Source of the DNA: Antedon mediterranea
Taxonomy: Eukaryota > Animalia > Echinodermata
Direction: 5' to 3'
NCBI RefSeq assembly: GCF_964355755.1
Contig: NC_092680.1
Span: forward strand, 7,874,001 to 7,938,000
DNA: 64,000 nt
Numbering within the stretch: position 1 is the first letter of the stretch; each line of letters begins with the position of its first letter. Below the pieces are notes generated by a model. It searched no databases. It saw only the letters and a program-made list of their open reading frames with translations, and was not told the DNA's origin. Below are positions 1-11,778 of this stretch, piece after piece. The translations under genes were made by a program, and so were the position numbers.

Positions 1-1360
1 TGATTTGAGTGAAACATTAAATGAGGAAGGCGACGAGCATAGAATCCAAATAGGAAATCTAAAAATTAATCATTTACTCTATGCAGATGACCTTATGTTA
101 TTTGGTGATACCGTTTATGGTCTACAATATTATTTAAACAAGTTATCTACCTATTGTACAAGATGGGAAGTAACTGTCAATGTTAACAAGAGTAATATTA
201 TGGTGTTTAAGAATGGTGGTAATCTTAACAAATTTGAAAAATGGAATTACAATGGAAATACAGTTGACATTGTCAAATCCTTTAAATATTTAGGAGTTGT
301 TTTCAACTCAAATGGTAATTGGAATAAAGCCAAAGAATACAATTGTCAACAAGCTAATAAGGCTTTGTTCACATTAAAAGGATTGACCCATAGACGTTTT
401 GGTAACCTCCAAGTTAATATATGGAACCATATATTTGATGTTAAGATTATGCCAATCTTACTTTATGGTAGCGAAATATGGGGTTTAAATGATATATCAG
501 TAGAAGAGAAAGTTCATCTAAGATTCTGTAAATACATTCTAGGAATAGGTAATTCTGCACCAAGTGTTGCAGTGAGAGGAGAATGTGGAAGATTCACTAT
601 CCAAATTCAAATTATCATTAATATAATTCGTTATTGGCTTAGAGTAATCCAAATGGATAATGACAAATTTATTAAACAATGTTATGATTTTCAATATAGA
701 AAAGCTCAAAGAAATGAGCAAAGTTGGGCCAATGACGTAAAACAAATACTATGCATAAATGGATTTGGTAACATATGGTACTCACAACAGGTTAATAATA
801 TATATACTTTTATTTCAAATTTTAAACAAAGGCTTACAGACATTGAACGACAGAAATTCTACGAAGATACTAGGCTACACTCTAAGCTCCAATATTACAA
901 GCACGTTAAATATAAGTTTGGAATTGAAGAATATCTAACAAAAGTAACAAATTACAAACATAGACAAATTATGACTAAGATACGACTAGGAATTTTAGAA
1001 TTAGAAATTGAAAAAGGAAGATGGAATTGTATAAATAGAAATGAAAGATTATGCAAATTATGTGCTTTACAATCAATTGAAGATGAATATCATTTCACTT
1101 TAGTTTGTCCATTTTATTCAGATATTAGAACTAAATATATGTTTTCCTTTTATACAAACAACCCAACTAAATTAAAATATATTTATCTTATGTCTGCCAC
1201 AAATACTGATCTTATTGTTAAACTTGGAAAATATTTATTTTTTTCATTTAAACGTAGAACAGAATTTTTAAACGCACTCAACTGATATTTATTTAATATT
1301 GTATTACATTGTATATTATTTGGGCCAAAGGCCATATATAATAAATGTTTCTTGGATCTC
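1..1360 (+). mobile_element. Non-LTR retrotransposon 3' part (RT C-terminal half plus CCHC zinc finger; RTEX-like), antisense in intron 2 of gene A
   Basis: Uninterrupted 426-aa ORF 5-1285 with YADD, FKYLGV, AVRGECGR and RLCKLC...EDEYHFTLVCPFY; short 3' UTR with GGCC-aaa-GGCC stem and AATAAA at 1340. Clade assignment is from memory. Confidence 0.88.
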
Positions 1361-2519
1361 CAAGAAAGAAAGAAGATACTTGTATTCGTGCATATCAGGT
1401 ATGCGAACGCCTGATTTATTCTCATTAGAAAGTAGTACGTGTACTGAAGATTAATAACAATGCTAACCCAGTAAACATTTTGTTCTTGTTCAAGTAGTAG
1501 TAAAGACAAACAACAAAATGTCAATTGTCTAGGATTAATTTAGGCCTATTAAAGAGGCTTAAATGATAATTCATACGATTTTCTGCATTGCTCCATCAGA
1601 AGTTTTAAAGTTTCATTAAGCTAAGAAATAAATAGACATTTATGGATATAGACTGAAATTATTATTTTTTATTTTGAACTATTAACCTTCATAAAAAGAA
1701 CAACCGTCGTATTTTGTACACAATCAATTTATGGTAGCGTAGTTGAAATTCCGAATGCAAATTGTACAAACACACGTGATTAATGATTCCTAATGAGATA
1801 AAATGTCTACCATTTTGTAACGACAATAGCGAACCAATGTATCTTGTATATTAATCGTTTTACTATTGTAATTCGACAGAATTGTTTACCAAACCATTAT
1901 TGGATCAGTTTAAATCCGTCTGCGACTTTACCATTCCAACTTTTTTTCCTCAGGGTTCACTACAGTTTACAATGGCGGTTTCTTTACGTATTTGCGTTGA
2001 ATTATATTGATATGTGGAAAACTTCAGTAATCTTTCATTTATCTAATCACTATTTTTGATATTGTTATTAGCATCTTTATGTTTATTATTGTTTTTATTA
2101 TCATTGCCGTCGTACATTTTAATTTGTACGCTATGAAGTACAGAAATTATATTATAGCCGAATCTATTCGAAAGCTTAAAAACGTTTATAGTCGTCATTA
2201 TTATCATCATCAGTAAGTCCTCTGACCGTTTTACGATGTGATATACTTTTCTTTCATTATAAGCTTTGAATCGCGGCACTAATTCAAAGATGCTTAGCTA
2301 TAGACTTATCAGTGGATCAATATAAAGTACCAAATTTCTTATAGGAGATGTGTCGTTTCTACATCTACGCCAAATTTGAAAATCTCTGACACTTTCAGTC
2401 AAATGAGCACGCCGATTTATTGATAAAAGAATTATTTGGCACGTGTGAAGTCTTCAAATAATAATTATTCCGAAGGTGCCACAGACCGATGATTATTGTA
2501 ATATAGGTATACAACTTAC

Positions 2520-2655
2520 CAATCCAAATCATAGCTACGACCATCGACACTCTACCCGTCGTTCGTTTGAAACGTGATGTTAGCGGGCATTGAATGACGT
2601 AAAGTCGGTCAAGCGTCATCATTGTTAATGTTGTACATGATGCTTGGACACTTAC
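2520..2655 (-). CDS. KISS1R: Kisspeptin-receptor-like GPCR gene A, coding exon 2 (TM3-ICL2-TM4, 136 nt)
   Basis: Acceptor ttttttttatatatattacAG (AG at 2657-2656); translates VSVQASCTTLTMMTLDRLYVIQCPLTSRFKRTTGRVSMVVAMIWI; phase-1 donor TTG|GTAAGT at 2519; in frame with exon 1; resembles human KISS1R VSVQATCATLTAMSVDRW. No TM5-7 exon found in 1-2519, so it lies outside the window. Confidence 0.9.
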
Positions 2656-3040
2656 CTGTAATATATATAAAAAAAATAATCAAGTGTGTTGGCTATTATA
2701 CTGTAACATTTATTCAGAAATTATATTATCTTTTACATTATTTTAAAGGAGAGAAAATATATCAATTATACATTTAATAGTGTTCGTAAAATGGAGGCAA
2801 TTCCGATGCAGTCGACAGTCGTAATAAAGCAAGTTTCACATAGAATCACAGAGAAAATAATATTGATCAAACTGAATGTGAGAATACTTCCTTCGTCGTA
2901 TATTATTTATATGGTTGCATTGGTATCTTGTATTACGTAAATTCACATATAATTTATGCAACAACGTAGACTTGGCGCGTACCCCTGATCGTCACTCTAT
3001 AATAAGTTGCAACGTCACTTTTGCTATGTACCATCAGTTA

Positions 3041-3705
3041 AGCTTGGTTCCTACTAAGACATAATGTAAGGACATAAACGCAACGCAAGTAATTTTACCA
3101 ATCACAGGCGATGGATTATTCGAACCGTCTATTGTTATTGGAAAATAACTCGCTTGCGTTGCGTTTACGTCCTTGCGTTGGGTCCTGTGTAAAGCTTGGT
3201 TCCCACTAGCGACGCAACGCAAAGACGTAACGTAACGTAAGTGATTTGACCAATCACAAGCGACTGATTATTGGAACAGTGGCTTGTCATTGGTCAACTC
3301 GCTTTCGTTGGGCGTAAGTCCTTGCGTTGCGTCTCTAGTGAGAACCACGCTTTATCAAACGTTAGCTGAGTTCGTAAGGACCTAAGCCCACCGGAATATT
3401 AGGATAGCACTAGAAACATAACGCACCTCCATAATTTGACGAATCATGCGCAAGCGATGGAGTATTCAAACTGTCGCTTGTCATTGGTCAACTCGCTTGC
3501 GTTTCGCTTATACGTCCAAGTGGGACCAAGCTTAAAACTAGAACGTAACGCAAGGACGTAAACGCAACGCAAGCGTTTTAACCAATAACAAGCGAAGTTA
3601 TAGACAGTTAGCAATCACAAGCGAATAAGCCATCGCTTGTGATTGGTCAGTTCACTTGCGTTGCGTTACGTCCTTGCGTTGCGTCGCTAGTGGGAACCAC
3701 TCTTT
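3041..3705. mobile_element. Tandem stack of about four palindromic ~160-180-bp MITEs (family 1, Harbinger/Tourist-like)
   Basis: Termini AGCTTGGTTCCCACTAG ... CTAGTGGGAACCA(A/C)GCT, internal ACGCAACGCAAG and GACCAATCACAAGCGA arms, TAA/TTA flanks. Confidence 0.85.
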
Positions 3706-3711
3706 AGTTTC

Positions 3712-3817
3712 ACCATTACGTAACTTTGCCTATTTCTAGTTTTGCAATTTGACTTTGAGTAATAACCATTACGTAACTTTGCCTATTTGTAGTTTTGCAA
3801 TTTGACTTTGAGTAATA
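3712..3817. repeat. 53-bp tandem duplication
   Basis: ACCATTACGTAACTTTGCCTATTT(C/G)TAGTTTTGCAATTTGACTTTGAGTAATA twice, one mismatch. Confidence 0.9.
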
Positions 3818-4177
3818 AAACCTTCGCTTAAAACTAATTAATATAATGAAACGGAAATGTCACGAGGAGATACTTCATTGTTTAAATTCAAATTGTCTTA
3901 TCATTTCACTTGCCGTTATCATCATTATTTATATTAATCTCAATTTAGAAATATCTGGAACATAGTAATCAGAAATAGTTTACAGAAATACAGCATCATC
4001 GAGACTTATAATTATTATGAACTAATTATTGATCAATGATGTAATGGTCGTAGAAACGGTAGCCGACCCAAGGATTCTGGATCATGGAATCGCCTTCCAA
4101 AAATGGAAGAGATCATTGATATATCATGGCCTTTACTATAACGTACGAAACTGTATGATTAAGCGTGGTTACCATAA

Positions 4178-5108
4178 AGCGTGGTTCCCACTAGAACGCA
4201 ACTCAACGTAACGCAGCGACGTATCAACGCAAAGTGTTGTGTTGCGTAATCACAACGATTGTGCTGCAAACATCGCTACGAGAGTTTGCGTCGATACGTC
4301 GCTGCGTTACGTTGCGTTTAGTGGGAGCCACGCTTTTCCCCCGCCTGCGTGAAATCAAACCTGTGATTTTTGCGGCACAGTTGGGTCGTCGGTTCCCACT
4401 TGTGATTACGCAATACATCACTTTTCGTCGATACGTCGCTGCATTGCGTCCTAGTGGGTACCAAGCTTTAGAGAGACGCAACGCATGGACGTAGACTAGT
4501 TTTTCCATGGTTCGAATCACGTACGTGGAACTTACGTCTTTGCGTTGCGTGCTAGTTGTTAAAGTATATTCACGTTTGCATGGTTTACGGATTGTTACGT
4601 ATACTATTTCGTTAAAAATTGTCGTTACGTTAGTGGTATAATTATTATTGCGTTCATGGCTAAAGCAACGTAACGCAGTGACGTATCGACGCAAAGGGCT
4701 GTATTGCGTAATCACAAGTGCGAACCGACGACGCAACAGTGCTGCAAAAATCACAGGTTTGATTTCACGCAGGCGGGGAAAAACACAATAATTGGAAGGG
4801 CATTTCCTTACGTTTGCGTATGTTGTGTTAAGTTGCGTCGCTAGTGGGAACCACGCATTAGGGTTACTTGGTTATTACGTTGGTTGTTGAATTATGTTTG
4901 AGCGTAGGTGTTACATTTCTAATACCTTAGTGTATATATTGTTTTGTTCGCGGTTCACACTTGTACGCAACGTACTGACGTAGATAACGCAGGTGAATTG
5001 GCCAATGACAAGTGACACTTTAGATGATCCACGCGTCATGGTTGGTAATATATTTTAACGGTGCGCTTACGTTTTACGTTGCGCTTACGTCCTAGTGGGA
5101 ACCAAGCT
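4178..5108. mobile_element. Second stack of family-1 MITEs (related subfamily)
   Basis: Copies at about 4178-4334, 4335-4467, 4660-4857 and 4950-5108 with the same TIR ends; about 4334-4445 is an inverted copy of about 4670-4782. Confidence 0.8.
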
Positions 5109-5253
5109 TACTATAGGTAATAAAGTTAAATTGTCGTTAATACGTTTCTAGTTTATGATATGAATCATAATACAGTACGTGAATTGACAATGCTGATGAT
5201 TTCATGATAATAATACTTACAATAAAGATTGTATAATCAAGCAAATTACTTAC

Positions 5254-5592
5254 GTGTTGAACATATGCGTTAAGTTTGCACATAAACTCTCCCATAATCC
5301 AATCTGGCAGCGCGTATATCACCGAGATAGAAGGCGCACAAACTATAATAAAGAGCAGATCACATACAGCTAAGTTCAAAATATAAAAATTGGTTACAGT
5401 GTGCATTGATCGAAAGCTTACAACTATGTATATGACAATACAGTTAGCAGAGAGAGCAAGGAACGAGATAACTGCAATGACGATTGTAATAGCTATACTG
5501 TTTGTTTGTACAGGATATTCGTATGTTGGAAACGTAGAATTCTCGTCCAAATAAACCCAGTAGTAAGACACGGACTCATAATCTTCAGCCAT
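5254..5592 (-). CDS. KISS1R: Kisspeptin-receptor-like GPCR gene A, coding exon 1 (N-terminus to TM3 start, 113 codons)
   Basis: ATG at 5592; N-glycosylation sequon NST; TM1 (ANCIVIYIV), MHTVTNFYILNLAVCDLLF (TM2), WIMGEFMCKLNAYVQH; ends at phase-0 donor CAC|GTAAGT (intron starts 5253). Family assigned by motif recall; the symbol means KISS1R-like, not proven orthology. Confidence 0.9.
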
Positions 5593-5859
5593 GTTTATGA
5601 ACTAGAATTTCTGCTAGTATAATTGAATTCGTATCTGCTTCATTAAAACAATATGCCACGTCGGATGTTTTCTTTCTGGTTGACGTAGACCGTCTTAGGT
5701 GTTCATCTCGATAATGTTCAGGAAAAACTGCAAGTCCAGCGTCCCGGTAATGTTTTGCTCCTCGTCTGCCGTGTAGGTACAATTGTTCCAATCAGCTGGA
5801 AAGAAGTGAAAATCACCGCGAAGACCGTAGAGTATCATCCAGGAAAGTAATTCTGTGCT

Positions 5860-6020
5860 CGTAGCTCATTGGCTAAATATCTATCGATGTAGTCAAATTA
5901 GTTTTAGCAGCCTACTCACATGGCTCAGGATGTTACAAGTGAAAATAAGCCATCGATTGTTAATCCAAATCGTATGCACAATTATGTTTCGCGCTGTTTA
6001 GGCACGTGACAACGTGAACC
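5860..6020 (-). promoter_or_regulatory. Candidate promoter of gene A
   Basis: AGCCAATGAG on the minus strand (~5865-5874) and E-box CACGTG (6003-6008), 0.3-0.4 kb upstream of the ATG. TSS unknown. Confidence 0.33.
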
Positions 6021-6864
6021 ATTACTCAAATTCGTACCCAACAAATTAGTGTTTATCCAGATTATATTATACGGTAATACAAGTATTATATAATTGTCTC
6101 TATATAATTATTAGATAATGCACGGTTGATTAAAAACTAAATTTGTTTTAATCTTTAATGTGACTGTTGGGACTTCAACATTAATGGTGATGTGATTCGT
6201 GAAACATTTCTTTTTAAAATGTTGTCGCATGCATGGATTAACACTAATTGCACTGTTATCTGTTTAATCGAAACCTGCTGAGTAGCTGCACCTTTTCATC
6301 CATATAGGCCTACTAGTTTTAATAAGAAATAGCCTAAAAATCAAAGTACTGCCACCTTCAAGAAAAAGTTGCATAGATAAGTCAGTACCATATAATGTCC
6401 AGTGGGATTGAAACATTCGCTGTTGTTCCATCTTGCCAACTAGAGCACGATGGTTTTGAACAGGTTTAGAATTGAAGATTAATAAGACCAGCACAATGTC
6501 AGTATTTTAGTGCTTCACATAAAGTAAATGCCCTCCCTCATAAATAGATAACATAAAAACGCTTCACTGACTATAATAGATAAAAATGATTTTTAAACCC
6601 GGTGTTGCATGCACTAGAGGAGAATCTATTCGCGCTAAATCGGTATCGTCTGTTTATGCGCGCAAATTGTTATTGTTTGTACGCGTAGGCTACTCATATT
6701 TCTGCCAAACCTATGACGAATTCTAATTCCTTCCGGTTTTTTTTTTTGCTTAAGTGAAATTATTAGTACTTTATTAATGTGAAAACAAGGTAGCGTAAAC
6801 CTTTTCAATAAAAAATGTTCGCGAATTCACCTATTATAAAACGGGTTTTAAACTTCCACTGTAA

Positions 6865-6998
6865 AGCTCTGTCTACACTATCAAACTAGTTTGACAAAAC
6901 ATTTGAAGCCCTAATATGGTAGTGATATGCCCAAATAGTGTAGTGTATGACATCATCATGTCCATATAAAGTTTGATAATGATAGTGTAGACAGAGCT
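6865..6998. mobile_element. MITE family 2 (TIR AGCTCTGTCTACACTATCAAACT)
   Basis: TAA|AGCTCTGTCTACACTATCAAAC ... GATAGTGTAGACAGAGCT with core GATATGCCCAAATA...ATGACATCATCATGTCCATAT. Confidence 0.8.
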
Positions 6999-9900
6999 TT
7001 TTACTTAACGTTATCATCGATAGACTAATGATGGAGAACGTAAAAATAGAGATTTTGGTCATAATTATAAACTCTGTCAACAGTCGGCTAAATCTAAATT
7101 CAGTTATAGTTGTTGTAAATCATTTGATGGGTGACAATCGAAAATGGTAAACTATTAATCATTATTTTTCGTTGATGTCACCCCTGTCAATAGGATTAAA
7201 GTCAATAAATATTAATTGTGTTTTTATACAACGGAAGCAATATTTGAATTTTAAAGGAACAACAATTAATGTACGATTTAGCTATAGAGACAATCGACCG
7301 TTTTAACGGTGACATGCGCCTTATAGTCGTCTCGTTGAGAATTTTGAATGCGAACGTCACTACTCCGTGTTTAGAATTTACGAACAGTAACAACTAAAAT
7401 TAATCATTACAGCTTACTGGTCTACAATGTGTTATATACTTTGATAAATTACAGTTACCTGTTCATTAACCCTGTGAGTAATGTCAATTAATTATTGCTT
7501 AGTGTGTTTTGTAACTCGTGTAGGCACAATTTATTTCACATTTTTAGCTCCAACATCCACCCCAGCTCCCCCGCCCTCCCTATTATAAAAACCGTTGATT
7601 AGGCCTAAGTAGATAGATAAATAAGAAAAAAACCACATGATTTTGGTATTTGCTTCTGTGTTGAAAACCGTACATTATGTATGATGTGGTTTGTGTGATA
7701 CATAAGGTTTCTTTGAGTACCATGCTGTAATTTTGAGTAAGTATTGCATTAGTATACTAATATATATAGGCCTATATACACTAATATATAATCTTATTAA
7801 AGCTAAATTATAAATTCTTTTTATTACTTATAATTATGTCTCTTATATTCCATTACATTTATTTGCATTAACACATTAATTATTTATTCCATATTCCACA
7901 AATGTGCGAAATGTCATCACATATTTAAAATTAATATTTTAATAATAATTTCCTATTAATATTTTAGTTTATATATATTGAAATCTTAATGATGTCTCAA
8001 ATCTCAAATTATTCTCCAGGAATAATCATAGGCTAACCAGTCAAACCAAATATTGATTTCATTTGGGCTCCCACAAAGAAATTATCAATTATATTTTGGC
8101 GTTAATGCATTCATATGGAGAATGTCAGCGTGTTTCTATCGAGATGCTAGCATGTTACTGCTATTATATCCTTCGTTAGAATATTCCACCTATGACAAAT
8201 CGTCATATCGAAGTATTATTTATGTTGTAAGTGCATACCTAACATTAAAACTAACGTATAGCCTACAGGGGTAATTTTTTTATTGTATGTTCTCGTTCGA
8301 TAGATACATTTGCATCATACTTATGAGTAGGCTGAAGTAGCTCGTCAGGGTAATAAAAAAAAAGATATAACACATGCTGCCAAGTAAAGACATACTATCT
8401 ACAACATATCTAGCGATAAACTTTGCGGTATAGCATATGCATGCGGATTCTTTCAGTTTATATCATACAAATACTATACAAATGATGTTTACGAGATGAA
8501 TTGGGAGAATGTTGCATTAGTTTTCCATTAAAATGTAGCGTAGCCAAGTTAAATAAAACAGTCAATGAACGAATGAAATATTTTCTCCATTCAACAAAAT
8601 ACAAATTCATTATTTGTCTTGTAACAAACCTACTGTAAAATTGTATTCAATTAATCCGCTGCAGCTTCCATTTTGAATCAATGTCAAATACTAGGCGGGA
8701 GGCTGAACATGTAAGCGCACATACAGGTTGGTTTTCGAACTTTGCGTTGAACAAAATTTTTTTTTTAAACTTAACGTATAATATTGTTTATTACAATCAC
8801 TGATTTTTATCACTTTTCAGTTTAATAGATTCATGAAAAGTGTTTTTTTTTCACGTATTTAATGTTATCTCTTGGGGTGGGTCGAACTTAAAGTCTTTTT
8901 GACTTATCTGACTCTCCTCCCACATGACTAAACTACTTTTTTTATATTGTATTTATGTGCAAGTTTATCTATTATGTTATTGAAGTTTCATTTTGGTGCA
9001 TTTGGAGTGAAGTAGAAAGAGGTAAAACTTAAGTTCAACTATCTGAAATACTGTTTGAACTTTCTTGTTAAATATATCATAACATAGGCGTGTATTAATT
9101 ATTTCTGACTACATGCTATTGAGTATAAATTTCTATATCCATGCATTATATTGCGAAGGCTCTTGGTTATCTAAGATACGCACTATTACTATTTTTTATT
9201 CTGATGATGTAACGTCCGGTTTTGACATTGATTTGAACACAAGTAGTAATGACATTTACAGTGTCGTAGTTAAATTAATATTAATCAACCAAAATGTCCT
9301 AAAGGTAATCAACATTCCCAATTCGCCACTCAATATCACTGTTCTTAATGCATTTAGGTAACGTTATGTTACCGTTATGTTACATTAATCTACCTAAAGC
9401 ATACTCTTGAGGAATAATATGTTATATGAACTTGGCATTAAGTGGGTTTGGGGTTAAAGTGAAGGGTAATATTTTACCGTCATGTGTAAATTAGAATGTA
9501 GAATTACATTACTTTGCAGCAATGTTATTTAGATATTAGTTATGATTCTTTGCTCATTGAAAGTTCTTAGTTTTATGATTTCTTGTCTCGTTTTGTGAAT
9601 TTCCTCATGTCTAATCTATAAATATCGCCCGTTTTTTTGTGCTTCTTACCGTCTTTTTTTTCTATACGGCCTTTCTTCCAAGTTATAGTTACTTTAAAAT
9701 TACGGTCGATCTTTCTTATTTTTAAATGTAGAATTAGAGCAAAATTCAGAATTCGAAATTACAGGAACCGAGTTGGTTTGGAATCTATTGATCGAATTTA
9801 GGGTGCAGGTTAATCTTATAGATTATACAGTAGATTAATATGGACAGATGAATAATCGAAAACACGAACGATGTACAGCTCTGGTTGCTAGTTGATCATC

Positions 9901-11676
9901 ATATCAAATACACATGTTTTGACCAAATCAGAAATATTAATGACGTAATGATAATAATGAAGTAGACCTACCGATAATGTGAGATTTAAGGTTATAATAT
10001 TCTCGCTGATTAGTCAAGTGAATGCAATTATTATTAATTCAATTAAAATTTAATAAATGTATAACGCTGAATCACATTACGTCATCATTATACGAACTTC
10101 TTTTAGCCTATTCGATAATTTTATATTTTGAATGACACGTCAGTGATATCATAAGTCGATTTCCTTGTAATACGGGGTAGAGAGGCCTACAATGCAACGT
10201 TTGAAATATTATTATATATTTAACGTCTTAAAAGCTGTACACTGAACGGACCATGAAAACTGTTAGAATTTATTGTCTGATTAGGCTATTTGTCAATTTT
10301 ATGAAACTGACCGATCACTTTCCGCCATTTTACCAAAGTATCTATAGTTTTAGCGCCATGTTCTAAAATACTGACTGGCTAATTGCTATAAAATATGACT
10401 GTTTTCTGTGCCACTTCTTCTGAAATTGACAGACAATTCCCATGGAGAAACTAAACCGAAAAGATTTTTTTATAAAAATCAGTTCGCATCTGCGGCTGTT
10501 TTATTGCGGGATCTTTTATCTCTTTTTTTGTACAGGCTATTTTCTTAACTAATGGATCGCCCCAATTATCCTTTTCATGAGAGCGGTCTATTTGTTACTG
10601 TTATTGGTCTTTGCAATTTACTTTAGAACTCTTTTCTCGACGTACCATAATTTTCAAACCGGAATAAATCAAAATTGTTTTCCTCTAATTTAGAGACAAA
10701 AACAAACACATAGTACTTATATTAAAGTGACTCGGATATTCCATAGAAATACACTGATATGAGTCGGATGTTGAATATTCTGTCTTAAGAATATTCACTT
10801 ATTTTCGCAAAGGTTCAATGACGATGTCACAATTTAAATTACAGTGCGTCAAAATGGATAACTTCCCTTCAGAGATCTCCATACTTGATTGAATGAAATC
10901 CCTCGATAGTGACAATTTGTATTAAGCCAATTAAAATAGTTTTTCAGTACTTTTGAAATGCATTCAAATACGCACAATTCATCTTAGTTAAAACTTTAAA
11001 ATGGCAAAAGCTTGCAATGTTTTACACTGATAATATTACAAACTAGATTTGATCTTTTTATTTATTTATTAACGCTATTGAATTCATACTGTGTAATATT
11101 TTTATTCTACAGCTCACTATGTCGGTCGGTCGGTAAACACTAACTTGAATATGGCATTGTCTTGATATTAGTTTCATCTAGCTAAGGAAATTTCTCACAG
11201 TATATTCCTTATGGTCAGGAATGGATGTGGTTATGTTTTCACGGTGCGTAATCAACAATTACGCGGTCTACGCACGATTTAACGAAATCACGTTTGTAAT
11301 CATATCTTTAAAAGCATGAATCACAATTTAAATAAAATTTGGTACTCATAAATTTCAGGGCATAAATCATCATGGCATATACAATTACGTGCGTAGCGCA
11401 TGCGTACGCGCGCTTAAATTTTCAAAATTGTCAAAATTTATTTTCGATAAAATAATTTTACGTTTCAGGCAATTTTAAGTGTTAATGTTAATATGCACTG
11501 TTTTTGCCCGATTTCTGTTTTACAACCTTTCTTTAATAATATCATATTTTATTCACTTTTCAACTCGAAATTACGTTATACGAGCACGTCAAAAGTGACA
11601 GGCTACGCACGTGTAAATTAAAAAAATATAAACGTTTTTAAACATTTTCAACATCTTTAAACATGTTCAGCAATTT

Positions 11677-11778
11677 TGGTCGGTCAGTCGGTTGGTCGGT
11701 TGGTTGGTCGGTCGGTCGGTCGGTCAATAAACACTAATTTGAGCACGCGACTGCAGCCACCTATAATGGCCTTGTTTA
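11677..11778 (+). mobile_element. HINE-like element 3' part with (GGTC)n microsatellite
   Basis: (GGTC)n followed by AAACACTAATTTGAGCACGCGACTGCAGCCA...TGGCCTTGTTT; inverted copy at 21185-21280 and a fragment at about 11120-11160. Confidence 0.6.

Noticed and set aside
1361-2519. Search for gene A exon 3 (TM5-TM7)
   Set aside because: No CWxP or NPxxY-coding sequence on the minus strand; the exon is presumed outside the window, so gene A is not called a pseudogene.
4224-4754. Overlapping 176-aa and 86-aa ORFs
   Set aside because: They are translations of palindromic MITE sequence with no protein-like motifs.
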